DNA of 64,000 bases from an uncultured Puniceicoccaceae bacterium (GTDB taxonomy: Bacteria > Verrucomicrobiota > Verrucomicrobiia > Opitutales > Coraliomargaritaceae): positions 5,979 through 69,978 of the forward strand of contig CAJWMY010000003.1 of NCBI GenBank assembly GCA_913044165.1, written 5' to 3'. This document shows, in pieces, positions 52,190 through 61,282 of the stretch. Position 1 is the first letter of the stretch. The number at the start of each line of letters is the position of its first letter. The translations under genes and the position numbers were made by a program. The notes beneath the pieces are model-generated. The model saw nothing but the letters and a program-made list of their open reading frames with translations. It searched no databases and had not been told where the DNA came from.

Positions 52190-52623
52190 ATATTCAACAT
52201 CTCTTTTAATATTCCAAGCTTAAGAGAGCTTTCTGAGTACTTTATTTCTTTTATTTCAAAATAATCCATAATGCTTATAATTGTAATGAGAGCAGCAGGA
52301 AATATATCTGCCTTTTTTGGGGGTATATTAAAGTAATTTATTCTAGATTCTATTTCTAAATTAGAAATTATTAATGCATATTCTTTTAAAGATTTATATG
52401 AAATACTTTCTGATTTTTGAAGTGTTTTTGGATAACATACATAGCACCTCTCGCTTATTCCAATGCCAATCCTAATCTCTTGTGTTTTCTCATATAGTAT
52501 ATTTAGCTCATTTTGATCTGTTTTTTCTGCGCATATATATTTAATTGAATTTGTTCCTAAATCGATAACTTAAGCAACATTAGCTTTATTATAATTTTTT
52601 GTTGTGGAAATATTCTTATTCAC
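52186..52623 (-). pseudogene. decayed Ppx/GppA-family phosphatase remnant (in-frame TAA plus large internal deletion)
   Basis: Own translation: GTG-NKNISTTKNYNKANVA-TAA-VIDLGTNSIKYICAEK...EIRIGIGI...KADIFPAALITIISIMDYFEIKEIKYSESSLKLGILKEML*. Only about 145 codons remain. The open 127-codon part has no usable start codon, so it is absent from the ORF track. Confidence 0.55.
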
Positions 52624-52768
52624 GAAGATATTTTAATACTAAAATATTATGAAAGTTAAAATAAAATTATTATTCTTAGTTGTTACATCCAGTATCTTTT
52701 CTGGAGAGGATGTTACGCAATATTGGATTTCTGATCATAATTATGGGTTTTAGATAAGTTTTATTGAA

Positions 52769-53767
52769 ATGTTTTATGATGAAGTAAAAGTTAGCCTAAA
52801 GGCTGGTAATGGCGGTGATGGATGTTTTAGTTTCCGCAGAGCAAAATACGAGCCTAAAGGTGGTCCAGATGGAGGAAATGGTGGCAGAGGTGGGTCTGTA
52901 TTTATTATAGCGGATTCAAATGTTGCTGATTTGACTGACTATCATTTCAAACCTATATGGAAGGCTAAAAATGGGGAGCCAGGAAGGGGTAGCGATCAGC
53001 ATGGTGCTAGGGGAGCTAATTTAGTTATTAAGCTCCCTGTTGGGACTGTAGTTGTTGATCGAGAAACGGAATCAGTAGTCGCCGAGGTTTTAACTCACGG
53101 GGAAGAATTATTGCTCCTTAAGGGCGGAGAAGGAGGAAAAGGTAATGAAGAGTTTAAATCTTCAACTAATCGAGCACCTCGTGAATTTACTTTAGGAAAA
53201 CCAGGGGGTAGTGGAGAATTTCTTTTTGTAATAAAAACTATTGCAGATGTTGGTTTAGTAGGGTTTCCAAATGCCGGAAAATCGACTTTGTTAAATACCT
53301 TAACAAATGCTCACCCTAAGATGGGCGCTTATCCTTTCACCACTTTATTTCCAACTGTGGGTATTTTAGAGTATCCTGATTTATATGAGCGAATTACTTT
53401 AGCTGATATTCCTGGTCTGATTGAAGGTGCTAGCGAAAACAAAGGCTTAGGACATCGTTTTTTAAAGCATATTGAGCGTTGTAAAGTTATTCTAATTATG
53501 GTCGATCTGGAAGGTACTGATAATAGAGACCCACTTGGTGATTATCGTATACTAATTAAAGAGTTGAAGCTCTACATGCCTAGACTTGTTAAAAAGCCGA
53601 TATTAATTGCTGGAAATAAATTAGATGAACCTAATGCAGTTGAAAATTTAAAGAAATTAAAAGCAAAAGTAAAATTGCCTATCTTTGGAATTTCTTGTCT
53701 GTCGGAAGAAGGTCTTGATGTCCTTAAATCGAAACTTCTAGATGAAGTAATTGAGATAAGACAATAA
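52769..53767 (+). CDS. obg: GTPase Obg/CgtA
   Basis: 332 aa. Gly-rich Obg fold '[34 protein letters not shown]'. G domain '[11 protein letters not shown]', 'DIPGLIEGA' and 'NKLD'. Confidence 0.95.
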   Translation: MFYDEVKVSLKAGNGGDGCFSFRRAKYEPKGGPDGGNGGRGGSVFIIADSNVADLTDYHFKPIWKAKNGEPGRGSDQHGARGANLVIKLPVGTVVVDRETESVVAEVLTHGEELLLLKGGEGGKGNEEFKSSTNRAPREFTLGKPGGSGEFLFVIKTIADVGLVGFPNAGKSTLLNTLTNAHPKMGAYPFTTLFPTVGILEYPDLYERITLADIPGLIEGASENKGLGHRFLKHIERCKVILIMVDLEGTDNRDPLGDYRILIKELKLYMPRLVKKPILIAGNKLDEPNAVENLKKLKAKVKLPIFGISCLSEEGLDVLKSKLLDEVIEIRQ

Positions 53768-53769
53768 TC

Positions 53770-54711
53770 CTAGGACTCGGCAGGATTTTTTTTGAAAATC
53801 GGACCTTTTAATAGGTACCAAGTAATGAAAAAGGATCCCCAATAATAAAATGATCCTAAAGTTTCATGTATTAAATCATAGTGGCTAAAAAAGATTGGTG
53901 CTAGAAATATTATAGTAATTATTCGCATTATATTCATTACAAAGCCTATGAATAGAGCAGCTATAATTTGCACGCCGGTTTCAAATAATGAGTGCTGCCT
54001 GTATGCAGAAAGTAAAATACTTATCAAAGCACCATTTAATATAATTCCGAAACCATTACATTCAGATGCTACATTGAAGTGCCTACCTGAATATTGAATA
54101 ATAATGCCAGATATATTTTCTTCTAAATTTGTTATAAATACTGATGCGTTTTGTCCTAAAATCTCTATGGCTAAAACACTCCATTTAGCTGCTAATGCTC
54201 GGAGGGGCCAATCTAGTTGAATCATAAAGAGACTAATGAAAAAGAATAGTATTAAGCATTTACTAGATGAGAAAGCTATACGCTCAATTTGAGTCCCAAA
54301 AATAAAGAATACTAAACTAGTTACTGACATAGTCATTGCTGATATCAGGGATAAATCTAAAATAGTGCTGAGTATAGATTTATCAAATTGTATCCATTGA
54401 AGGATAAAGTTCCCTAAAAAGAATACTAAAATTAATATGCATGTTATAAATAAGCTTTTTTGGCATGAGGTATTTATATTTAGTTCATTTTGTATTTTAG
54501 GATTTTCATTCCTAAATAAAAGAGCCACAGCAATAATTAATGTTATTAGCGAATGGAAAACTCGATTTTCAGAGAAAGTATATGATGCGAACCAATGAGA
54601 TACCGGTGCAAAAGCAACCAAAAAGCATGATAGTACAGCTAGTTCAATCCAAAACCCATACCTTTTGGAATTTTCTTTAAATGAATTGAATAATTTATTC
54701 CGGATTCGCAT
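53770..54711 (-). CDS. exosortase family protein (PEP-CTERM-processing transpeptidase)
   Basis: 313 aa, polytopic. 'NVASECNGFGIIL' (Cys motif), 'VMNIMRIITIIFL' (Asn/Arg motif) and 'LIHETLGSFYYW' (His motif), in the order expected for exosortases. Confidence 0.75.
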   Translation of the reverse strand: MRIRNKLFNSFKENSKRYGFWIELAVLSCFLVAFAPVSHWFASYTFSENRVFHSLITLIIAVALLFRNENPKIQNELNINTSCQKSLFITCILILVFFLGNFILQWIQFDKSILSTILDLSLISAMTMSVTSLVFFIFGTQIERIAFSSSKCLILFFFISLFMIQLDWPLRALAAKWSVLAIEILGQNASVFITNLEENISGIIIQYSGRHFNVASECNGFGIILNGALISILLSAYRQHSLFETGVQIIAALFIGFVMNIMRIITIIFLAPIFFSHYDLIHETLGSFYYWGSFFITWYLLKGPIFKKNPAES

Positions 54712-54748
54712 TTTCTTTATACTATGTATTTCGTTTCCTTAGTTATTT

Positions 54749-55054
54749 CTAATTAGGATCTATTTCTTCTGGCGCGTTGGCATCTTTTCCAGCAGTTTTG
54801 TAATACCTTCCTGTGGTTTTGTCCTTTTTATATTGGGTAAATCCTTTTTTGTGCAAATTTGATGGATCCAATTTTTGTTTATTTTCTAAATCAGAGTAAA
54901 TTGTGTTTAGGTTAGGTTTTCCTAAGCATTTTTTAACAGGATTTCCGGATTTGGGGTGAAATTTTATAGGAGGGTCAGACATTTTATGAATAACTTCAAA
55001 GGGATCGCTTTCTGAGCCATCGGGAAAAATTTCATAATATTGATAAATTGGCAT
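54749..55054 (-). CDS. FmdB-like protein lacking the zinc-ribbon cysteines
   Basis: 101 aa. N-terminal 'MPIYQYYEIF...FEVIHKMSDPPIKFHPKSGNPVKK' parallels the FmdB pattern MPIYEYxCxxCG..FE....S..P...CPxCG, but all four Cys positions are substituted. Confidence 0.5.
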   Translation of the reverse strand: MPIYQYYEIFPDGSESDPFEVIHKMSDPPIKFHPKSGNPVKKCLGKPNLNTIYSDLENKQKLDPSNLHKKGFTQYKKDKTTGRYYKTAGKDANAPEEIDPN

Positions 55055-55233
55055 TATTGGCCTGAAGGTTTATGTGGTTTAGATAAAAATATAGTTGTTA
55101 TCGGTTTTTCTCGCTAATTTAATAGTTTAGAGTACTCTTAATGTAAATTTTAAATAGTTTCTTGCATGAAAAAAGTTACGTAGTAAGTTGCACTTGCTTC
55201 TATCGTTATATCAAGTGTTATTAAATCAGTATC

Positions 55234-55770
55234 ATGTCTCATCAAATCGTTGGCTATGACAGCAAAGTAGAAGGTGAAGTAATTATCACCAAAGCAGATG
55301 CTGTAATTAATTGGATACGTAAAAACTCTGTTTGGCCAATGCCTATGGGGTTGGCTTGTTGTGCAATTGAATTAATGGCTGCTGGGGGCTCTCGGTTTGA
55401 TATTTCTAGATTTGGAATGGAGGTAATGCGTTTTTCCCCAAGACAAGCAGATTGCATGATAGTAGCCGGCACAGTAACTTATAAAATGGCCGAAGTTATA
55501 CGAAGAATTTATGAACAAATGGGGGATCCTAAATGGGTAGTTGCAATGGGTGCCTGCGCAAGTTCGGGAGGAATGTATAGATCATATGCAACGTTGCAAG
55601 GAGTTGATAGAATAATTCCAGTTGATGTGTATATAAGCGGTTGTCCTCCAAGACCAGAGGCTCTTTTGGATGCTATGATTAAGCTTCAAGAAAAAATTAT
55701 GAAAGAGCAATCTGTTAAGAATTTACTTAAAGAGTTGCCTGATAATCCAATTCATAGAGATTCAGTTTAG
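55234..55770 (+). CDS. nuoB: NADH-quinone oxidoreductase subunit B
   Basis: 178 aa. 'GLACCAIE', '[10 protein letters not shown]' and 'ISGCPPRPE' are the N2 cluster ligands. Confidence 0.96.
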   Translation: MSHQIVGYDSKVEGEVIITKADAVINWIRKNSVWPMPMGLACCAIELMAAGGSRFDISRFGMEVMRFSPRQADCMIVAGTVTYKMAEVIRRIYEQMGDPKWVVAMGACASSGGMYRSYATLQGVDRIIPVDVYISGCPPRPEALLDAMIKLQEKIMKEQSVKNLLKELPDNPIHRDSV

Positions 55771-55805
55771 CTGTTATAAATTTATTAAAGGGGTTTATTA
55801 ATAAA

Positions 55806-56417
55806 GTGAGCGAAAAAGATACGAATCAATTAATTGGTAGATTTAAATACCTTTCAGAAAGAGATAGTGTAGATCATTACGCTGTAAATTGTCCTTCGGA
55901 CCATTTAATTGATTTCTGTCAAATACTTAGAGATGAGTATTTGTTTGATATGTTAGTTGATGTTACAGCTATTGATTGGGACGTAGCTTCTCCAAGATTT
56001 ACTGGAATATATCATTTTTATTCTACATCGAAGCAATTATATCTTCGGGTAGCGTCAGACTGCAAAGATAATATCAAGCCATCTTTACCTAGTTTGGTAC
56101 GCTTATATTCTGCAGCAGATTGGCACGAGAGGGAAACTTATGATTTAATGGGAATTCATTTTGATGGGCATCCCAACCTTAAAAGAATTTTGATGTGGGA
56201 CGATTATCCCTACCATCCGTTGCGAAAAGACTTTCCCCTTGCCGGGATTGAGACACCATTGCCTGCTGCAGATGTGGCTGAGCAAACTAAAGTCAAAGTT
56301 GCTGCTGCACCTATGATGGGGGGTCCATTTGTTTCTTCAGGAGATGGAAAAATGAGCCAAACAGAACCCACTGCTAAAGATGAAAGTTGGAACGAATCTA
56401 AAGCAAAGGGGTCATGA
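55806..56417 (+). CDS. nuoC: NADH-quinone oxidoreductase subunit C
   Basis: 203 aa with a GTG start. 'AADWHERETYDLMGIHFDGHPNLKRIL'. Confidence 0.93.
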   Translation: MSEKDTNQLIGRFKYLSERDSVDHYAVNCPSDHLIDFCQILRDEYLFDMLVDVTAIDWDVASPRFTGIYHFYSTSKQLYLRVASDCKDNIKPSLPSLVRLYSAADWHERETYDLMGIHFDGHPNLKRILMWDDYPYHPLRKDFPLAGIETPLPAADVAEQTKVKVAAAPMMGGPFVSSGDGKMSQTEPTAKDESWNESKAKGS

Positions 56418-56439
56418 ATATTAATCCAATTTTTACATT

Positions 56440-57678
56440 ATGTCTGATTTAAAAGAATTTTCAGTTGGTGATATCGGTTCTAGATCCTCAGAATGTGAAC
56501 CTGCATTAAAGACAGAAAAAATGGCACTAAATGTTGGGCCTTCTCACCCAACTACGCATGGAGTATTGCGTTTAATGATGCAATTGGATGGTGACCTTAT
56601 TACGGAATGTGAGCCAGTGCTTGGTTATTTACATCGAGGGGATGAAAAGATTGCTGAAAATATGACATATAATCAATTTGTTCCCTACACAGATAGGCTA
56701 GATTATTTAGCGCCGCTTGCTAACAATGTGGCTTATGCTTTAGCTGTAGAAAAATTAGCAAAGCTAGAAGTTCCTGAGCGCTGCCAAGCTATTCGGGTTA
56801 TTTGTTGTGAATTAGCGAGAATTTCTTCTCATTTTTTAGGTGTAGGGGTATATGGCATGGATGCGGGTTCTTGGACGGTATTTATGTATACATTTACCGA
56901 GCGCGAAAAACTATATACATTATTTGAGGAATTAACCGGAGCTCGCTTTACAACTAGTTATACTAGAATTGGAGGAGTTGCTCGAGATATTCCCGATGGA
57001 TGGCTTGGCCGTGTAAATTCTTTCTGTAAGGGAGTTATTCCAGTCCTAGATCAAGTTGATAGGATGTTAACTCGCAATCGGATATTCATGGATCGTACAG
57101 TAGGAATAGGGTCTATTTCTAAAGAAAAAGCAATTAGTTATGGCATAACAGGGCCTAATTTAAGGGCTTGTGGTATAGACTTAGACCTAAGAAAAGATAA
57201 GCCTTACCTCGGATATGAAAAATATGATTTTGAAGTACCCATTGGTGTAAACGGGGATTGCTATGATCGCTATTTGATGAGGGCTGAGGAAATTAAACAA
57301 AGTGTTTCTATTATTCGTCAAGTAATTGGAAATTTTCCTGAGGGCTTATATTATGCAGAGGAGGCTAAAAAAATATTTGCTCCACCTAAGGCAAAGATTT
57401 TAACTAGTATGGAAGAGTTGATTCAGAATTTTATGTTGGTGACTGAGGGCCCTCAAATGCCTAAAGGTGAAGTTTATTTTGAGGCAGAAAATCCAAAAGG
57501 TGCTTTAGGTTTTTATATTGTATCTAAAGGAGGGGGTGTTCCATATAGACTTAAAATTAGGGGCCCTTCTTTCTGCAATTTAAGTATTTTAAGTGAACTT
57601 TTACCGGGACATCATTTAACTGATACAACAGTAATATTAGGTTCCTTGGATTTCGTTATGGGGGAATGTGATCGTTAA
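56440..57678 (+). CDS. nuoD: NADH-quinone oxidoreductase subunit D
   Basis: 412 aa. 'GPSHPTTHGVLRL', 'LHRGDEKIAE' and C-terminal 'LGSLDFVMGECDR'. Confidence 0.96.
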   Translation: MSDLKEFSVGDIGSRSSECEPALKTEKMALNVGPSHPTTHGVLRLMMQLDGDLITECEPVLGYLHRGDEKIAENMTYNQFVPYTDRLDYLAPLANNVAYALAVEKLAKLEVPERCQAIRVICCELARISSHFLGVGVYGMDAGSWTVFMYTFTEREKLYTLFEELTGARFTTSYTRIGGVARDIPDGWLGRVNSFCKGVIPVLDQVDRMLTRNRIFMDRTVGIGSISKEKAISYGITGPNLRACGIDLDLRKDKPYLGYEKYDFEVPIGVNGDCYDRYLMRAEEIKQSVSIIRQVIGNFPEGLYYAEEAKKIFAPPKAKILTSMEELIQNFMLVTEGPQMPKGEVYFEAENPKGALGFYIVSKGGGVPYRLKIRGPSFCNLSILSELLPGHHLTDTTVILGSLDFVMGECDR

Positions 57679-57692
57679 TTGTCAAAATATAA

Positions 57693-58181
57693 ATGGATTT
57701 AAAAGAAACAACTATTGCTAAAATTGATCAATTAGTGCCTCGCTATCCAAATAAGCGAAGTGCTGCCTTGCCCTTGTGTCACTTGATTCAAGAGGATATA
57801 GGTTATTTATCAAATGAATCTATTGAATGGATAGCTAATCGTTTGGATTTAGAGCCAATTAATATATCCGAAATTGTAACATTTTATCCTATGTTGAGGA
57901 CAAAAGCTCCAGGGCGTTATCAAGTAAGGGTGTGTCGGACATTATCTTGCGCACTTGCTGGTGCTTACAAAACTTGTAAGCAATTTGAAGATGCTTTTGA
58001 TTGTGAAGTTGGATCAACTAGTCCAGACGGCTTGGTTACCCTAGAGTATGTAGAATGCCATGCCGATTGCGGTAATGCCCCAGTTGTAATGATAGGTGAA
58101 AAAGAATACACTGGAGTGAAGGAGGATGTTACTCGAGATTTAATAGATAAGATTAAAAACAAAACGATAGAGATTGGGTAA
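57693..58181 (+). CDS. nuoE: NADH-quinone oxidoreductase subunit E
   Basis: 162 aa. 2Fe-2S ligands in 'VCRTLSCALAG' and 'VECHADCGNAP'. Confidence 0.93.
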   Translation: MDLKETTIAKIDQLVPRYPNKRSAALPLCHLIQEDIGYLSNESIEWIANRLDLEPINISEIVTFYPMLRTKAPGRYQVRVCRTLSCALAGAYKTCKQFEDAFDCEVGSTSPDGLVTLEYVECHADCGNAPVVMIGEKEYTGVKEDVTRDLIDKIKNKTIEIG

Positions 58182-58191
58182 AAATTTTATT

Positions 58192-59556
58192 ATGGCTATT
58201 AAACAACAAAGATTGATTTTAAAGTATGCTGATCAGCCAGGATACACCAATAATATTGAATGTTATATTAAATATGGTGGGTACGAGCAACTTAAAAAAG
58301 CATTCAAAATGAAGCCAGAGGATATTTGCAAGGAAGTTATAGATTCAGGTGTTAGGGGGCGCGGGGGCGCTGGCTTTCCTGCTGGAATGAAATGGAAATT
58401 TCTAGATCGAAAATCAGGTAAACCCATCTATCTAATATGTAATGCAGATGAATCTGAGCCGGGAACTTTTAAGGATCGTCAGATTATCCATAAAGACCCT
58501 CATCAGTTAATAGAAGGAATGCTTTGCGCTGCTTATGCAATTGGGGCTAAATTAGCTTTTATTTATATTAGAGGAGAGTTTTTTGAGGGTTATAAAATTC
58601 TTGAAAAAGCTATTGAAGAAGCACGCTCAAGGGGCTTTTTAGGAGATAAAATTCTAGGTTCTGATTACTCTTGTGACATTATTGTCCATCGGGGAGCGGG
58701 AGCCTACATCTGTGGAGAAGAAACTGGTTTAATTGAATCTCTCGAAGGGAAGCGAGCAAATCCAAGAATTAAGCCACCTTATTTTCCAGCAGCTTTAGGC
58801 TTATATCAATGTCCCACTATCGTTAATAACGTAGAAACCCTATGTGATGTTAAACATATAATTGAAATGGGAGGTAAAGCTTTTTCTAAAATTGGTACTC
58901 CAGGGAATACCGGAACTAGGATTTGGTGCGTATCTGGCCATGTAAAAAATCCAGGTTATTATGAATTTCCTTGTGCTGCAATTACGCTAGGACAATTAAT
59001 TTATGATGTCTGTGGGGGACTATTGCCAGGACGAAAATTGAAGGCAGTGATACCTGGAGGTTCCTCTTCAAAAATCCTTAGGGCTGATGAGCGCTTTGAA
59101 GGAAAGCTTAAAGATGGAACAAGCTTTGATTGGGGTATTGAAGATATCCCAATGGATTTTGATAGTCTTGCGGCAGTTGGATCAATGTCTGGTTCTGGAG
59201 GTGTAATTATTATGGATGATACGACTGATATGGTTGAAGCTTTAGCAAATATTAATTACTTCTATGCACATGAAAGCTGTGGACAATGCACTCCTTGTCG
59301 AGAAGGTGTACCTTGGATGAAAAAAATTACGACAAGAATGTGCAATGGAGGAGCCCGTGAAGAAGATATTGGGCTATTAACTGATATAGCTGATCAAATT
59401 GCGGGTAGGACTATTTGTGCTTTTGGAGAAGCAGCTTCTTGGCCAGTACAAAGTTTTGTTTCTAAATTTAAAGACGAGTTTGTAGCTAAGGCGAAAGAAC
59501 AATCTCTTCTTCGAGAAAAAGGTGAAGTATCTAACCAAAAACCAACTTTAATTTAA
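58192..59556 (+). CDS. nuoF: NADH-quinone oxidoreductase subunit F
   Basis: 'GRGGAGFPAGMKW' (FMN/NADH site), 'ESCGQCTPCREG' (N3 cluster). The ATG at 58192 is preferred over the TTG at 58174. Confidence 0.96.
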   Translation: MAIKQQRLILKYADQPGYTNNIECYIKYGGYEQLKKAFKMKPEDICKEVIDSGVRGRGGAGFPAGMKWKFLDRKSGKPIYLICNADESEPGTFKDRQIIHKDPHQLIEGMLCAAYAIGAKLAFIYIRGEFFEGYKILEKAIEEARSRGFLGDKILGSDYSCDIIVHRGAGAYICGEETGLIESLEGKRANPRIKPPYFPAALGLYQCPTIVNNVETLCDVKHIIEMGGKAFSKIGTPGNTGTRIWCVSGHVKNPGYYEFPCAAITLGQLIYDVCGGLLPGRKLKAVIPGGSSSKILRADERFEGKLKDGTSFDWGIEDIPMDFDSLAAVGSMSGSGGVIIMDDTTDMVEALANINYFYAHESCGQCTPCREGVPWMKKITTRMCNGGAREEDIGLLTDIADQIAGRTICAFGEAASWPVQSFVSKFKDEFVAKAKEQSLLREKGEVSNQKPTLI

Positions 59557-59562
59557 TTTTCC

Positions 59563-61275
59563 ATGATTGAGGTCAATATTACAGATACAATTACTATAAA
59601 TGTTGATGGTAATTTAGCACAAGTTCCTAAAGGTGTTAATGTAATTGAGGCTATGCGATCTGTAGGGAAAGAGAAAGCGATACCGCATTACTGTTACCAT
59701 CCTAAACTATCTATTGTTGGTAATTGCCGTATGTGTTTAGTGGAGGTGGGCAGCCCATTAAAAGATCGAGAATCGGGTCATCCTATACTTGAAGACAATG
59801 GAGATCCTAAGATAGGATGGATTCCTAAGCCGGTAATAGGATGTTCTACAATTGTATCCGAAGGTATGCATATTCGTACTAATTCAGCGACAGTTGTTGA
59901 GTCTCGAAACGGAGTAACTGAATTTTTATTAATAAATCACCCATTAGATTGTCCAATATGTGACCAAGCAGGTGAATGTAGATTACAAGAGTTTTCTGCT
60001 GAGCATGGGCGAGGCTTTAGTCGTTTTAAGGAAGATAAGAATGTTAAACCAAAACGAACACGCTTAGGTCCTCGGGTAACTTTAGATGATGAACGTTGTA
60101 TCTTGTGTTCACGATGTATTCGTTTTTCTCAAGAGATTGCTAAAGATGATGTCCTTGGATTTATTGACCGAGGCACTTATTCTACATTAACATGTTATCC
60201 AGGTAAAGAGTTAGACAATAATTACTCACTCAACACAGTCGATATATGTCCCGTAGGTGCTTTAACGAGTACTGACTTCCGATTTAAAATGCGTGTTTGG
60301 TTTTTAAAACGCACCAAGAGTATATGCACGGAAAGCAGTGTCGGATCAAACACAGAGATTTGGAGCAGAGAGGGAAAAATTTATAGAATTACTCCAAGGC
60401 GAAATGATGCCGTAAATGACACATGGATGACAGATTCTGGCAGGAATTTATTTAAAGCATTTGAGTCTAAAGATCGATTAAATTCATATACTGTTGATAG
60501 CGTGAAGAAAAAATTAGATGATGCATTAGTTGCAACTGCTAGTCTTTTAAATTCTAATTCAATTGGTGTGATAGGATCACCATTTAGTTCATTTGAAGAA
60601 CAATTTTTATTAAAAAAACTAGTTGATCATTTGAAGGCTGATTACGAAATGATACAACATCATGGTGAGGGAGATGGACTACTCCTTTCTGAAGATAGGT
60701 CTCCTAATTTACGGGGTGCATTAATCAACGGACTAATTGATGCGATTCCCGGTAATGAATTAGGCGCTTTAAGAAATAAAATCAATCAAGGCGAGATAGA
60801 GACCTTGATTGTTTTTAATGAAGACATTGAAACTCTTGGTATTAAGCTTGATACTCTTAAAGAGACTACTCAAATTATTTATTTTGGTTCTGTTGATAAT
60901 ACTACAGCAAAGTATTCAAAAGTAATTTTTCCTAGTTTAAGTGTTTTTGAAAAAGAGGGAACTTTCGTTAATCAAAATTTCCGACTTCAAAAGTTTGATC
61001 AGGCAATTCCCGCTCCAAATGGATTAGTGGCAGACAGAACAATTCTTGAGTGCCTTTTATTACGTCTTAAAGGTTCAGATAGTCCAAATCCAGGAATGGA
61101 TATTCAAACTCTTTGGAGTGAAATCTCAGAACACATTCCTTTGCTTAGTATAGTAAATTGGTCAAATATTACAGAAGAAGGGGTGCCTTTAGAAAGTAGT
61201 GACTGGAGTAAACTCAATTTTATTGAATCAGATAATCTTAAATATAAATCTAAAATATCGCTAGAGGTTGTTTAA
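59563..61275 (+). CDS. nuoG: NADH-quinone oxidoreductase subunit G (short form)
   Basis: 570 aa. 'CYHPKLSIVGNCRMCLVEV' (2Fe-2S), 'HPLDCPICDQAGECRLQ' and 'CILCSRCIRF...CPVGAL' (4Fe-4S). No four-Cys N7-type motif. Short C-terminal domain. Confidence 0.93.
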   Translation: MIEVNITDTITINVDGNLAQVPKGVNVIEAMRSVGKEKAIPHYCYHPKLSIVGNCRMCLVEVGSPLKDRESGHPILEDNGDPKIGWIPKPVIGCSTIVSEGMHIRTNSATVVESRNGVTEFLLINHPLDCPICDQAGECRLQEFSAEHGRGFSRFKEDKNVKPKRTRLGPRVTLDDERCILCSRCIRFSQEIAKDDVLGFIDRGTYSTLTCYPGKELDNNYSLNTVDICPVGALTSTDFRFKMRVWFLKRTKSICTESSVGSNTEIWSREGKIYRITPRRNDAVNDTWMTDSGRNLFKAFESKDRLNSYTVDSVKKKLDDALVATASLLNSNSIGVIGSPFSSFEEQFLLKKLVDHLKADYEMIQHHGEGDGLLLSEDRSPNLRGALINGLIDAIPGNELGALRNKINQGEIETLIVFNEDIETLGIKLDTLKETTQIIYFGSVDNTTAKYSKVIFPSLSVFEKEGTFVNQNFRLQKFDQAIPAPNGLVADRTILECLLLRLKGSDSPNPGMDIQTLWSEISEHIPLLSIVNWSNITEEGVPLESSDWSKLNFIESDNLKYKSKISLEVV

Positions 61276-61282
61276 TTATGTT

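Noticed and set aside
52649-52753. 34-aa ORF (MKVKIKLLFLVVTSSIFSGEDVTQYWISDHNYGF*) between the ppx remnant and obg.
   Set aside because: It resembles a signal peptide but is very short. It lies in a region already showing gene decay and has no supporting motif. It is probably a remnant or chance ORF.
55055-55233. A hidden nuoA upstream of nuoB.
   Set aside because: The gap is 179 bp, whereas a NuoA of about 120 aa needs about 360 bp. No open frame with hydrophobic segments is present on the + strand.
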